This document shows, one piece after another, positions 19,279-29,421 of a stretch of DNA of 64,000 nucleotides (position 1 is its first letter; every line of letters starts with the position of its first letter). The notes under the pieces were generated by a model, which ran no database searches, was not told the DNA's origin, and saw only the letters and a list, made by a program, of their open reading frames with translations. Both the position numbers and the translations under genes were made by a program. This DNA is from Sandaracinaceae bacterium. Its GTDB lineage: Bacteria; Myxococcota_A; Polyangia; Polyangiales; JADJQN01. Where the stretch lies: contig JADJQN010000001.1 in NCBI GenBank assembly GCA_016712745.1, forward strand, positions 746,964 to 810,963, given 5' to 3'.

Positions 19279-19884
19279 ATGGCGAAAGTGAAAGCAAAGG
19301 CCCATGCGAGCTACCCGCTCGTGCACCCCAAGGACCGCAAAGCCTGGCGCGCGTGGCTTGCGAAAAACCACAGATCATCCTCGCCGATTTGGCTTGTGCT
19401 CAATAAGAAGGCCAGCGGCAAAATGAAGATGAGCTACGCCGACGCTGTCGAGGAAGCCTTGTGCTTCGGCTGGATCGACGCGCTAAAGCATCCGCTCGAC
19501 GAACACACCTACAAACAATCGTTCTCAAAGCGCAAGCCGACGAGCGTTTGGTCGGCGTTGAACAAAACGCGTGTGGCAACGCTCATCAAGAGCGGCCAAA
19601 TGACACACGCCGGGCTCGTTTGCATTGAGGTTGCTAAGAAGAACGGTAAGTGGACGGCGCTCGACGACACCGAGGCGATGCTGATGCCAGCCGACCTCGA
19701 AAAGGCGCTCGGGAAGAGCAAAAAGGCGAAAGCTTTTTTTGAAACGATCTCTCCTTCGCCGAAGAAGGCCTACCTCTACTGGATCAATGCTGCCAAACGC
19801 ACGGAGACTCGCGCCGCTCGCATCAAGCAAGCAATTGTCTACCTCGCTCAAGGCGTCCGCTCGCGGCACGACGTGAAGGCGTAG
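19279..19884 (+). CDS. YdeI/OmpD-associated family protein
   Basis: WRAWLAKNH...WLVLNKKASGK..SYADAVEEALCFGWIDA...SVWSALNKTRVATLIKSGQMTHAGL...YLYWINAAKRTETRAARIKQ matches the YdeI family pattern. Confidence 0.8.
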   Translation: MAKVKAKAHASYPLVHPKDRKAWRAWLAKNHRSSSPIWLVLNKKASGKMKMSYADAVEEALCFGWIDALKHPLDEHTYKQSFSKRKPTSVWSALNKTRVATLIKSGQMTHAGLVCIEVAKKNGKWTALDDTEAMLMPADLEKALGKSKKAKAFFETISPSPKKAYLYWINAAKRTETRAARIKQAIVYLAQGVRSRHDVKA

Positions 19885-20472
19885 ATGGCAAGCGCGCCCA
19901 AAGTACTGCTCATTGGCGGCATCTGGGACAACGACAAAAAATTGGCGGCCATCGCTGCGGCATTACGAGCGAGCGGGCGCGTGCCTGTCTTGCATCAACT
20001 CGTTCCTTGCAACGGGAGCGCTCCCATTTCAGAGCTCGCTCAGCAAGTCGCGCGGGCGATTGACAGCGTCAGCCCCAATAGCAAGGTCGACATCCTCGGC
20101 TTTAGTATGGGTGCGCTCGTTGTCCGCTATTACATCCAGCGTCTCGGAGGACGCGAGCGCGTTCGGCGCTTCATCTCCATGGCCGGCCCGCACTCAGGCA
20201 CGCACACCGCGTGGTTTATGTCCGTGCCCGGCGTGCGAGATATGCGACCGGGCAGTGCGCTCTTGCGCGACCTCGCGAGTGATATGCATCCGTGGGGCGA
20301 CGTCGACGTTCACACGATTCTTACGCCATTCGACACGATGATTGTGCCTGCGACATCGAGCCGTCTCGCCGGCGTGAAATCACACACGACGATACCGGCG
20401 CTCTTGCATCGACTTCTGGCCAACGACACGCGCGTGATCAAACGCGTGCTGGAAATCCTCAACGGAGACTAA
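19885..20472 (+). CDS. alpha/beta hydrolase, small lipase/esterase-like
   Basis: Nucleophile elbow GFSMG in VDILGFSMGALVVRYY. Size and layout resemble small secreted lipase/esterase-type hydrolases. The start abuts the ydeI-like stop. Confidence 0.65.
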   Translation: MASAPKVLLIGGIWDNDKKLAAIAAALRASGRVPVLHQLVPCNGSAPISELAQQVARAIDSVSPNSKVDILGFSMGALVVRYYIQRLGGRERVRRFISMAGPHSGTHTAWFMSVPGVRDMRPGSALLRDLASDMHPWGDVDVHTILTPFDTMIVPATSSRLAGVKSHTTIPALLHRLLANDTRVIKRVLEILNGD

Positions 20473-20482
20473 CGCGACCGAG

Positions 20483-21325
20483 TTAGAAGCCCGTGAACAT
20501 GTAGGCGACGCCGAGATTGAACTGCGTCGAGGTGCCGGTGGAGTTGCCGAGTTCCCACGGAGTTACGCGATGCATGACGTCGAGCGAGACAAGCAACCAT
20601 TCGATGGGACGGAAATCCAGGCGCGCTCCGGCCTCGAGCCACAGCCAGTGCCCCCCCTCGGACAGCAGGCCCAGTGGGCCAAGCAGCGGATCGATCGCAA
20701 AGCGCGGGCTCACCGAGAGCATCGGCAAGAACGAATAGTTAAGCGAGAGGCCGAGCGGCATACCGATCCACGTGGAATCGATTTCGCCCGCGGGCGTATT
20801 GCCTGACCACGACTCCCACAGCACGCCAAGGAAGAGTCCAAGCTCCATGTTCGGCGCGAGATCCCAAAAGACGAATGAAGAGCGCAAGTCGAGCAAGAAG
20901 TAGCTCACGCCGCCTTCATTGAAATCGAGGCTGCCAATCGAACCGCTCGCGGCGCTCCCCCAGCCGAGAGTCATCGATGTCTTCGTTCCCGCCGCAGGCG
21001 GAACAACTTGATACGAATATGAGTACGTATCGCCGGCTTGCGCGCCTGAACGCACAGCTCGGTCCTGAGCCTCCATGCGAGCGTTGTGCGCATTACCGGC
21101 TGTACCAAGAGCTGCAAGCAGCATGCCCGTCGTGTCGTACAGCGTAACGGTGTTGATGCGCGCAAACCCGACGCGCGTCTGTTGCGTGGTCGGCGTTTCC
21201 GAGAATGTTGAGGACTGTGGTCCCATCGTGGAGCGCGCAAAGCCCTGGCCGACTCCGATGCCGCATCCCCCCAATAAGAGACCACACCCCACCGCCAATA
21301 GCGGCGCCCACCCACGTGTATTCAT
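20483..21325 (-). CDS. putative outer-membrane beta-barrel lipoprotein
   Basis: Signal and lipobox MNTRGWAPLLAVGCGLLLGGC, alternating amphipathic strands, and a C-terminal ...GVAYMFTGF ending in Phe as in OMP beta-barrels. The internal ATG at 21325 is preferred. Confidence 0.55.
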   Translation of the reverse strand: MNTRGWAPLLAVGCGLLLGGCGIGVGQGFARSTMGPQSSTFSETPTTQQTRVGFARINTVTLYDTTGMLLAALGTAGNAHNARMEAQDRAVRSGAQAGDTYSYSYQVVPPAAGTKTSMTLGWGSAASGSIGSLDFNEGGVSYFLLDLRSSFVFWDLAPNMELGLFLGVLWESWSGNTPAGEIDSTWIGMPLGLSLNYSFLPMLSVSPRFAIDPLLGPLGLLSEGGHWLWLEAGARLDFRPIEWLLVSLDVMHRVTPWELGNSTGTSTQFNLGVAYMFTGF

Positions 21326-21393
21326 GCGGAGGAAATACACGAGGTCGCGCTTCCGTGACAAAGAAAAGCCAACGCCGTGCTAGTTCTGCCGCC

Positions 21394-22017
21394 ATGCGAA
21401 ACGTGATCTGCGGGGATGCGGGCGCTTATCTCAGGTCGCACGACACGCCAACGGATGCGTCGTTCGTCACTTCATTACCAGACGTTTCGGAGCTACGCGG
21501 ACAAACGCTGGACGCCTGGCGCGCATGGTTCATCGACACGGTCGCACTCGTCGCAGCCAAGTCTGCGGCAAACGGAGTCGCGATCTTTTTCCAAACCGAT
21601 GTGTTCCGAAATGGCCAATGGATCGACAAGAGTTATCTCTGTCATCAAGGGGCCGAACGCGCGGGCGCGCGCTTACTCTGGCACAAGATTGTGTGCCGAG
21701 TCCCCGCGGGCAGCGTGGCCGATGGCCGCCCCGGTTACGCACACATGCTCTGCTTCGCGCGCGAGCTCCCGATGACGAGCGGCTTCACGCCGGACGTCAT
21801 CCCCGATCTTGGTTCGATGGATTGGTCAAAGGCGATGGGCCGTAACGCATGCGTCGCAGCATGTGAATGGATCCGTGATCACACCGAGACGCGAACCATC
21901 ATCGATCCATTTTGCGGAACGGGGACCGTGCTCGCGGTCGCCAACGAGCTTGGCCTCGAGGCGCTGGGCATTGAAATCGATGAAGCCCGCGCCGAGCGCG
22001 CACGCCGGAAAAAGTAA
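21394..22017 (+). CDS. beta-class N4/N6 DNA-methyltransferase-like protein with a degenerate catalytic motif
   Basis: The N-terminal region VICGDAGAYLRSHDTPTDASFVTSLPD sits where motif IV (xSPPY) is expected. The C-terminal SAM motif I is IIDPFCGTGTVLAVANELG..LGIEID. ATG 21394 is preferred. Confidence 0.6.
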   Translation: MRNVICGDAGAYLRSHDTPTDASFVTSLPDVSELRGQTLDAWRAWFIDTVALVAAKSAANGVAIFFQTDVFRNGQWIDKSYLCHQGAERAGARLLWHKIVCRVPAGSVADGRPGYAHMLCFARELPMTSGFTPDVIPDLGSMDWSKAMGRNACVAACEWIRDHTETRTIIDPFCGTGTVLAVANELGLEALGIEIDEARAERARRKK

Positions 22018-22161
22018 GCGATTACCTTCGCATCGATCGCAACGGCGCCAGTTTCTGGCGCAATCCGGCGAATGCGACGAGCGTAGTGAATCTTAAGACT
22101 TAGTGAAGCGTGAATGCGCCCGCTTAGCATCGCAACGGACTTTGAGATTGGGAGGGACGCA

Positions 22162-22590
22162 ATGTTGAAGATCACTCGTCCCGCGGCCTTGGTCGTGGCG
22201 CTGCTCGTATCGTTGGTCGGAGCTTTGAGCCCGGCGTACGCCGACGGGCCTTCGCGACGCAATACGCGTCGTCGCGCGCATGCGCACCGAGTGGTGGTGC
22301 CAAGCTTTGAGGAAGCCCACGTTTCGCGCGCGATCCAGGCTCGCATAGCGACAATCCGGTCCTGCTACGAGCGCCAACTTCGCGTCAATCCGGATCTCGC
22401 GGGCAAAGTCACGGTCGAGTTTACAGTGCAGCAGAGCGGCGGAGTGAGCGATGCGCGTGCAACAGAAAACACGACACGCGACGAGCGCGTTGCAAGCTGC
22501 ATCGTAGGCACCGTTAGTCGGCTACGGTTTGACCCCGCACCTGTCGACGCCAGCGTCACGCTCAACTATCCGTTCGTGTTTGCGCCGTAA
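22162..22590 (+). CDS. AgmX/PglI C-terminal domain protein (TonB-C-like)
   Basis: Signal peptide, then IRSCYERQLRVNPDLAGKVTVEFTV...VASCIVGTVSRLRFDP...VTLNYPFVFAP, the pattern of the AgmX/PglI C-terminal domain. A GGGAGGG SD precedes ATG 22162. Confidence 0.7.
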   Translation: MLKITRPAALVVALLVSLVGALSPAYADGPSRRNTRRRAHAHRVVVPSFEEAHVSRAIQARIATIRSCYERQLRVNPDLAGKVTVEFTVQQSGGVSDARATENTTRDERVASCIVGTVSRLRFDPAPVDASVTLNYPFVFAP

Positions 22591-22605
22591 CGCTATACTG
22601 CGCGG

Positions 22606-23283
22606 GTGACCGAGTTTGCCCACGGCAGTCGATCGAAACTCACCGAGCGAGACGTTCCGCGTTTTGCCAGTGAGTCGCTTTTCGACCGTATCGCGCGCGC
22701 GGTATGTCGCGCCGATTGCCTGCCGCGCAAGGAGCTTTACGAAGCGTGGGAGGTCGCGCGTCGCGTGCGTCGCAAAGTGCGCGGCGGTCGCGTGCTCGAC
22801 CTTGCGTGCGGACACGGCCTGCTTGCCCACATCATGCTGCTCCTCGACGACACGTCCGCATCCGCACTCGCCGTCGACACGCGCATTCCGCAGAGCGCAC
22901 ACGCACTAAGTGCCGAGCTTGTGCGAACATGGCCGCGGTTGGCATCGCGCATCGAGTTTAGGTCTGCACCGATCGAGTCTGTCGCTGCCCAAGCTGCAGA
23001 CCTCATTGTGTCTGTGCACGCGTGCGGCGCGCTCACCGACAAAGTGCTCAGCGTGGCGCTCAACGCGGGTGCTGCCATCGCCGTCCTGCCCTGCTGCCAA
23101 GACGCGCGCATCTGTGACGCTGGTCCCATAGCCGGATGGCTCGATCGACCCCTTGCGATCGACGTCATGCGTGCGCAGCGCTTGGCCGCCGCGGGCTACT
23201 CCGTCGCGACCCAAACCATCCCCGCGGAGATCACGCCGAAAAACCGCCTTCTGATCGGGCTGCCTCAGCGCTCGCCAATCTAG
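22606..23283 (+). CDS. class I SAM-dependent methyltransferase
   Basis: Motif I is RVLDLACGHGLLA, followed by a Rossmann-like core (DLIVSVHACG). The substrate cannot be inferred. Confidence 0.65.
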   Translation: MTEFAHGSRSKLTERDVPRFASESLFDRIARAVCRADCLPRKELYEAWEVARRVRRKVRGGRVLDLACGHGLLAHIMLLLDDTSASALAVDTRIPQSAHALSAELVRTWPRLASRIEFRSAPIESVAAQAADLIVSVHACGALTDKVLSVALNAGAAIAVLPCCQDARICDAGPIAGWLDRPLAIDVMRAQRLAAAGYSVATQTIPAEITPKNRLLIGLPQRSPI

Positions 23284-23400
23284 CTGGCAAATGGCCGAAA
23301 CCTCCTTCAATTCGGGCGTTCGCTTGAAGGACGCGTGTCTGCGTGGTACGTGGCCGCCTGCTCGTTTTTGAGCCGTTTTTGAAAGAGGCGCACACCTGTC

Positions 23401-25029
23401 ATGTTCGAAGCCCTGACAAAGGGATTCCGTTCCGCACGCAACCGCCTTCAAGGCGTCGCCGAGCTTACGGAAGAGAACATCGATCAAGCGTTGCGCGATG
23501 TGCGCTTGTCGCTCCTCGAGGCCGACGTCGAGTTCGGCGTCGTCAAGCGCTTCCTTGCTTCTGTAAAAGAAAAAGCGATCGGCGAGACGGTTCAGACGTC
23601 GGCTGAGGTCAAGGGCAAGAAGGTCAAGGTCGGCCCGGCCGAGAAGTTCATCAAGATTTGCCAGGACGAACTCGAGAGCATGATGCGGTTCGAAGGCGAA
23701 CCCGTCGACTTCCTCCCGAGTCCGCAAGTCACCGGCATCATGATGGTCGGTCTTCAAGGCGCTGGCAAAACCACCACGGCAGGCAAGCTTGCCTTGTGGT
23801 TGGAAAAAGAGAAGCAGCGCAAAGTTCTTCTCGTTGCCGCCGACGTGCAGCGCCCGGGTGCCATTGAGCAACTTCAAGTGCTCGGCGAGCGTTTGAACAT
23901 TCCCGTCTTCGCGATCCCCGGCGGCCGCCCCGTCGACATCTGCGTCAAGGCTCTCGACCAAGCGAAGAAGCTCAAGCGCGACACGATCATATTCGACACC
24001 GCCGGCCGCCTCGCCATCGACACCGCGTTGATGGAAGAGCTGAGCGAGATTCAGGCGAAGACTGCGCCTAAGAACATCTTCCTCGTCATCGACGCGATGA
24101 TCGGTCAGGACTCGGTCAAGACCGCAAAGACCTTCCATGATCGCCTCGGCCTCAGCGGTGTCGTGCTCACCAAGCTCGACGGCGATGCGCGCGGTGGCGC
24201 GGCAATCTCGGTCAAAGAAGTCACAGGAGCCGCCATTAAGTTCGCCGGTATGGGCGAGGCGATGGACAAGCTCGAGGCGTTCCGCCCCGAAGGCATGGCC
24301 AGCCGCATCTTGGGCTTCGGCGATGTCGTGGGCCTGATGAAAGACTTCGAGCAAGTCGTCGACGAGAAAAAAGCGGAAGAAGACGCGAAGCGGATGCTTC
24401 AAGGTCGCTTCACTCTCGACGATTTCTTGGAGCAGATCCGCACCATCAAAAAGATGGGCCCGCTCAAAGAGATTTTCGAAAAGCTTCCGATGTTCGGCGA
24501 TGCGATGCCCGAGGGCGTCAACCTCGACGACGGCGAGCTCAAGAAAGTTGAAGCGATGGTGAGCTCCATGACACGCGACGAGCGTCGCCAGGTGGAGCTT
24601 TTTCAAAAGCAACCGTCACGCGTAAAGCGTGTAGCCAAGGGCTCGGGACGCACCGACAAGGAAGTCGTCGAGCTTCTTCAGAAGTTTTCTTTCATGCGCC
24701 AGATGATGGGCGACATCGGACAGCAAGCGGGAATGTTGCAGCGCTTGCCGGGCATGAAACAGCTCGCGATGGCGCGTCGCTTGAAGGATGCTGTCTCCAC
24801 CGGGGGCCTCGAAGGCAATCCGATGATGGCTGGACTCGCCGACTCCTTGCTCGAGTCAGTCGTAGCTGGCGACGGCGGCAATCCATTCGCGGGCATGGGC
24901 CTGGGCGCAATGCCCGGCATGGGCGGCGGCCCCGGAATGCCCGGCGTTCGCAAGAAGCCGCTCGACAAGAATAAGACGAAGAAGCTGCGTCAGATGCAGA
25001 AAAAGGCGCGCAAAAAGTCGCGCCGCTGA
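23401..25029 (+). CDS. ffh: signal recognition particle protein
   Basis: N domain, G domain (GLQGAGKTTTAGKLA, DTAGR, TKLDGDARGG), a Met-rich M domain, and a Lys/Arg-rich tail. Confidence 0.97.
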   Translation: MFEALTKGFRSARNRLQGVAELTEENIDQALRDVRLSLLEADVEFGVVKRFLASVKEKAIGETVQTSAEVKGKKVKVGPAEKFIKICQDELESMMRFEGEPVDFLPSPQVTGIMMVGLQGAGKTTTAGKLALWLEKEKQRKVLLVAADVQRPGAIEQLQVLGERLNIPVFAIPGGRPVDICVKALDQAKKLKRDTIIFDTAGRLAIDTALMEELSEIQAKTAPKNIFLVIDAMIGQDSVKTAKTFHDRLGLSGVVLTKLDGDARGGAAISVKEVTGAAIKFAGMGEAMDKLEAFRPEGMASRILGFGDVVGLMKDFEQVVDEKKAEEDAKRMLQGRFTLDDFLEQIRTIKKMGPLKEIFEKLPMFGDAMPEGVNLDDGELKKVEAMVSSMTRDERRQVELFQKQPSRVKRVAKGSGRTDKEVVELLQKFSFMRQMMGDIGQQAGMLQRLPGMKQLAMARRLKDAVSTGGLEGNPMMAGLADSLLESVVAGDGGNPFAGMGLGAMPGMGGGPGMPGVRKKPLDKNKTKKLRQMQKKARKKSRR

Positions 25030-25053
25030 GCTTAGATAAAAGACGAGGACACT

Positions 25054-26532
25054 ATGCGTAAGACCACGACAACGATCAGCATCGCCCTACTCTGTGGATT
25101 GTTCAGCACCGCGTGTGTTGAGCAGAGCAACCGCATGAGCGAAGCCGACCGAGCTCAGCTCGCGCGCTATCGTTCGACGACGGCGCCCCATCCTCAGCAT
25201 CCACTCGACGTCGATTTCGAAGGCAAGATTCACTTGCTCGGCTACGACCTCAGCGCAGAACGCGCGACGGCCGGCCAGCCCTTCACGGTGACTTGGCATT
25301 GGAAGGTTGATCACAAGCTTGACGCGGGCTGGAAGCAGTTCACGCACGTCGCCACCGCGACCGGCGAGAATCGCGTCAATCAAGACGGCACGGGCTGGGT
25401 TCGTCAGCACTATGCGCCGAGCGATTGGCAGGCGGGCGAATACATTCGCGACGAGCAGACCATTATGGTTCCCGAGGACTGGAACTCACCGGCCACCAAG
25501 CTCTTCATCGGCTTCTGGAGCGAGCGTCGCCGCCTTCGCATTGCGAGCGGCCCGAACGACGGCGACAACCGCGTGCCTGCGCTCACGATCCCCACCACCG
25601 CGCGTGCGGGCGGCGCTGCGACGACGCCAACTCCCGCGAATGCGGTGATCTCGACTCAATCGATCAAGGCCACCACGCCGATCACCGTCGACGGCCGGCT
25701 CGACGAGCCGGCATGGGCAACCGCCGTCCAGACCGGCAACCTTGTTGAGACGATGACGGGCGCACCGGCGGCCTTTCAAGCGAGCGGCAAAATCACGTGG
25801 GACGCAAACAATCTCTACGTCGCGTTCGAAGTCAGCGACGACTTTCTCAAGAGCACGTACACAGCGCACGATGAGCATCTCTGGGAGCAAGACACCGTCG
25901 AAGTAATGGTCGACCCGGGCAACGACGGCGTGAACTATTTCGAGATCCAAGTCGCCCCCACGGGCCAGGTTTTCGAGACCCGCTACGACTCGCGCCGCCA
26001 GCCGCAACCGGTTGGGCACTTGGATTGGACGAGCAACGTACGCCAGCGCGTTGTACTTCGCGGTCACGTGAACGATGACGATGCGGATCAGGGCTACACC
26101 GTTGAGATGGCATTGCCGTGGACCGCATTCGCGGCAGGCACGCCGCCAGCGGGTCGTCCTGAGTCGGGCGCGACGTGGGGCATCAATCTTTACGTAATGG
26201 ACGCGCGCGACGACGATGCGCCGCAGCGTTTTGCAGCGTGGTCACCACCGCGCGTCGGCGACTTTCACGCGACCAATCGTTTTGCGCGTGTGACCTTTGT
26301 CGATGCGGCAGCTGCCCCCGCCACAGCCCTCGGTGTAGCTGCACCCGGCGTTCAAGTTGGCGCGCCCGCCGCGGCCGCTGCGCCAGCCGGCCAACCCAAC
26401 CAAGTCGTGCCCGTCGTACCGCGCGGTGTCGCTGCGCAGATCGTCGAGCGCCAGTTCGGGGGAACGAATCGCAATAGCGCCCAGATGCCCAGCACCGCAG
26501 CCCCGGCGCGCGGCGCCGCAACTGGCCCCTAA
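25054..26532 (+). CDS. lipoprotein with carbohydrate-binding family 9-like domain
   Basis: Lipobox LLCGLFSTAC. The central region DGRLDEPAW...WDANNLYVAFEVSDD...VEVMVDP...YFEIQVAP...EMALPW is typical of CBM9/DOMON-like sugar-binding domains. Confidence 0.7.
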   Translation: MRKTTTTISIALLCGLFSTACVEQSNRMSEADRAQLARYRSTTAPHPQHPLDVDFEGKIHLLGYDLSAERATAGQPFTVTWHWKVDHKLDAGWKQFTHVATATGENRVNQDGTGWVRQHYAPSDWQAGEYIRDEQTIMVPEDWNSPATKLFIGFWSERRRLRIASGPNDGDNRVPALTIPTTARAGGAATTPTPANAVISTQSIKATTPITVDGRLDEPAWATAVQTGNLVETMTGAPAAFQASGKITWDANNLYVAFEVSDDFLKSTYTAHDEHLWEQDTVEVMVDPGNDGVNYFEIQVAPTGQVFETRYDSRRQPQPVGHLDWTSNVRQRVVLRGHVNDDDADQGYTVEMALPWTAFAAGTPPAGRPESGATWGINLYVMDARDDDAPQRFAAWSPPRVGDFHATNRFARVTFVDAAAAPATALGVAAPGVQVGAPAAAAAPAGQPNQVVPVVPRGVAAQIVERQFGGTNRNSAQMPSTAAPARGAATGP

Positions 26533-26542
26533 CACCAACGTT

Positions 26543-27838
26543 CTAAAACTCGATGTGGGCGGGCACAGCTGCAAAATGCTCGCCCCAGCAGTAGAGGCCA
26601 GGATCTGAGGTCGACGTGTCCGCTTCACGAAGCGCGCAGGTGCGGCGACCGCCGCTAGCGATCTCTGCCACGCGGCCGTCGATGGCGAGCGTGGTTACCC
26701 GAACGGGCGTTCGCGATAAAGCGAGCGTTGCCGTATCTGCACCCAGTTCGCCAAGCGCGTTGTCACCCCAGCACCATACCGAGCCGTCGTCTTTGAGCGC
26801 GCACGTATGAACGCGACCCGCTGTGATCTGGATCACGTGATCGAGAGCCGGCACGCTGTGGGCGACCTGCAGGGATGCGTCACCGCTGCTCTGCCCCAAG
26901 TCGTTCAAGCCCCAGCACGAAACCGTTCCGTCCAGCAGTAGCGCGCATGTATGCGCGTCGCCTGCGGCGAGACGAATCGCCGACGTCACTCCGAGTACGA
27001 TAGTCGGAGAAAATCCGTCCCCGCCCAAACGCATGTCGTCCGGCTTGCCCCAGCACGCGACATCGCCTCCCGTGCGGGCAACACAGGTGTGAGCATCGCC
27101 TGTGGCAAGCGAGACGCCACTGCGAACCGGCACTAAATCGAATCGAGTCGGATTTTCGAAGGCCCCCGTTTGCCCGTCCGAGTTATCACCCGCACAACGC
27201 AAAATCGCGTCGTTGCTGCGCAGGCAAGTGTGTCGCGAACCACAGCTGAGCTCGCTCGCAGAAGCTAGCCGAGAGCCTTCCTCCATGCGCGCAGCCACGG
27301 GCGACGATGACGACATCGCCATCCCCCACCCCAGCTCGCCGTGCACTCCGAGTCCAAAGCACATAACGCCGATGTTCGTGTCGTAACTGCGCACGCAGGT
27401 GTGGCTTGCGCCCGCCTCGACCTCGACCACTTGTCCTATGTCAGCCACGACGCGCGGTGTGTTTGGTACGGCCGCGCCGGCAAACCCCAATTGGCCGTAC
27501 GTGTTCTCGCCCCAACACAAGAGCTTTCCATCCTCACGCACAAAACAAGCGTGCGCGTCCCCAACCGCTACGCGAGCCTGCCGTGCTGCGCATCCGTCGA
27601 AGATGGTGTCGCACGCTACGCACTCGCGCGTGATGGGGTCGCATGCTTCGGCGATGCCGCACGCGCTACAGCCACCGCCATCCCCCCCCGCGTCCGAGTC
27701 TCCCTGATCCGCTAAGCCGAGATCGACAGAAGCATCGCGACGTGCGCCTAGGTTGCTCTGGGTCACGCAAGCGCTTGTCGCCATCGAGAACGCGCACAGC
27801 GTCAAAGCCAGCCCGAATCGATTTTCCCTAGAAAGCAC
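26543..27838 (-). CDS. RCC1-repeat (beta-propeller) lipoprotein
   Basis: Repeated CWG.N..GQLG-type blades (CWGENTYGQLG, CWGLNDLGQSSG, CWGDNALGELG and others). Lipobox SMATSAC. AAGGAG lies 6 nt upstream of GTG 27838. The ORF-track start at 27856 is also possible. Confidence 0.8.
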   Translation of the reverse strand: MLSRENRFGLALTLCAFSMATSACVTQSNLGARRDASVDLGLADQGDSDAGGDGGGCSACGIAEACDPITRECVACDTIFDGCAARQARVAVGDAHACFVREDGKLLCWGENTYGQLGFAGAAVPNTPRVVADIGQVVEVEAGASHTCVRSYDTNIGVMCFGLGVHGELGWGMAMSSSSPVAARMEEGSRLASASELSCGSRHTCLRSNDAILRCAGDNSDGQTGAFENPTRFDLVPVRSGVSLATGDAHTCVARTGGDVACWGKPDDMRLGGDGFSPTIVLGVTSAIRLAAGDAHTCALLLDGTVSCWGLNDLGQSSGDASLQVAHSVPALDHVIQITAGRVHTCALKDDGSVWCWGDNALGELGADTATLALSRTPVRVTTLAIDGRVAEIASGGRRTCALREADTSTSDPGLYCWGEHFAAVPAHIEF

Positions 27839-28005
27839 GCAACTCCTTTTTAGCACGAACCCCAGGTGCTCTGCGAAAACGAGTAATTACTCTCGCAGCG
27901 TCTAGGCGTTTACAGCTCGCGCCACCGCGTTCTTGATCTTCGCGTTCATCGATCGGCTATCGAGAGAACGGCTGCGTGGTGCCAGCACCGCCCCACCGGA
28001 GGCGC

Positions 28006-29421
28006 TTAGTGAGCGTTAATTCCGTCGAGGAAGAGCACGGCATAGTGGTAGTTGGGTGCGTAGCGAAAGACGCGCGCCACGCGAAAGTTATCGTGCACCC
28101 ATCGCATGCGCCCGACGCGTTGCTCAACGCCGTAGCCCCGCATGTTGCGCACTCGCCCATCGCCATCGATTTCAAACGGCGTCTGCGAATGCAGCACGAT
28201 AGTGTCGGGCTCGCGCGCTCGCAGCTCGGCTTCGGAAATGCGCTTATCGAGATAAGGCCCGCGCGCACGACCCATGGCGGCATCCGTCACGCCGCCCAGA
28301 TCAACCACGGTGAGATTGCTTCGGTAGGCCAAGTAGCCCACGTCGACGAGCGCAACTCGATGAGCGTGGCTGCGCAAGTATGAGGCGACTTCGTGACCCA
28401 CGCGATCCCGAGAGTGACCGGCTTCGCGCGCGAGTGGGAGCTCGACGACAATATCGAGAACCGGCAAGACGAGCGCGAGGCCCAAAAGCATCGGCGCAAG
28501 CGCCCTCCGTTGTTTGCGAAAGAGCTCCAACGCCCCGTCTGCAGCAAGCCACGCATAGAGCGGGATCACCGGCGCAAACAAGCGATATCCGGGCATCCAG
28601 TCGCCCCCCGCAAGAGCCACGGCGAGCAAATGGACGACGAGCACGGATTGAAGAGCGCGCTTCGTACTGTAGGCTGCGAGAATAGCGCCAGCGAGTGTCG
28701 TGTGCACGACGAGCGCGCGCAACGTGTAGCCCGCCCCCGCTCCAAGTTCGCCTGGCTTGGCGAAGAAGCTAAGCGGAACGAGAGTTCCAAACATCGCGAG
28801 CCGGAAGACGACGATGCCAATCACGCCTATCGCGCAAAGCGAAACTAATACGATGCGCTCGCGCTTCGTAACGCGTGTGATGGTCCATGCGATGAGCACC
28901 CAGGTCGCGGGCAAAAGCTCGGGGCGCAGCCATGCGATCGCGGCAGCACACAAACCAAGGAGCTTTACGTTCGTGACCGGCTCGCGCGAAGCCGCTAGCA
29001 CCGCAACCGAAAAGCACAATGTGGCACCACCCGTTTCGAGACCGGCCTGGCCCCAGATCCCGAGCGTTGGCGTCAGCGCAACGAGGCAGCACGTGAACCA
29101 GCCGAGCATTGCGCCGCTGGCTTCATACGCGCGCTGCACAACCAACGCCGCCGCGAGCGCTGCGCAGAAGAGGCCAAAGACCTTTGCGGCTGCCACGGCA
29201 TCGATGCCGACCCACTGAGCCAGCACGCCAGGCATTACAGCGAGCGGACCGGTGACGCCGTCACCTGTGTGCCCGGGGTTGAAGCCGTAGCCGTCGCCCG
29301 ACGCGAGATTCATGGCGAATCGTCCAACGATGTACGCGTCGTCGACTGTGTATGGCCAAGCGGCAACGCCCAGTGCGACCACGATTACGAACGCGACGAA
29401 ACTCGCGAGAAGTCGAGGCAT
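28006..29421 (-). CDS. polytopic membrane protein, putative GT-C-type glycosyltransferase
   Basis: About 12 predicted TM helices. The first loop carries an acidic motif (YTVDDAYIVGRF), as in GT-C enzymes, and there is a soluble C-terminal domain. The family assignment is tentative. Confidence 0.45.
   Translation of the reverse strand: MPRLLASFVAFVIVVALGVAAWPYTVDDAYIVGRFAMNLASGDGYGFNPGHTGDGVTGPLAVMPGVLAQWVGIDAVAAAKVFGLFCAALAAALVVQRAYEASGAMLGWFTCCLVALTPTLGIWGQAGLETGGATLCFSVAVLAASREPVTNVKLLGLCAAAIAWLRPELLPATWVLIAWTITRVTKRERIVLVSLCAIGVIGIVVFRLAMFGTLVPLSFFAKPGELGAGAGYTLRALVVHTTLAGAILAAYSTKRALQSVLVVHLLAVALAGGDWMPGYRLFAPVIPLYAWLAADGALELFRKQRRALAPMLLGLALVLPVLDIVVELPLAREAGHSRDRVGHEVASYLRSHAHRVALVDVGYLAYRSNLTVVDLGGVTDAAMGRARGPYLDKRISEAELRAREPDTIVLHSQTPFEIDGDGRVRNMRGYGVEQRVGRMRWVHDNFRVARVFRYAPNYHYAVLFLDGINAH

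Noticed and set aside
22906-24612. 568-aa ORF on the minus strand
   Set aside because: It is entirely antisense to the strongly conserved ffh gene. The composition is Leu/Arg/Ala/Asp-rich with no recognisable motifs, as expected for a shadow ORF in a high-GC genome.
27881-27892. AT-rich perfect palindromes GAGTAATTACTC (27881-27892, upstream of the RCC1 gene) and GAGTTAACTC (41870-41879, upstream of the MltD-like gene) as shared operator sites
   Set aside because: Perfect 10-12-bp palindromes are expected about 15-60 times by chance in 64 kb (64000/4^6 to 64000/4^5). Two sites with similar half-sites are not enough to call a regulon.
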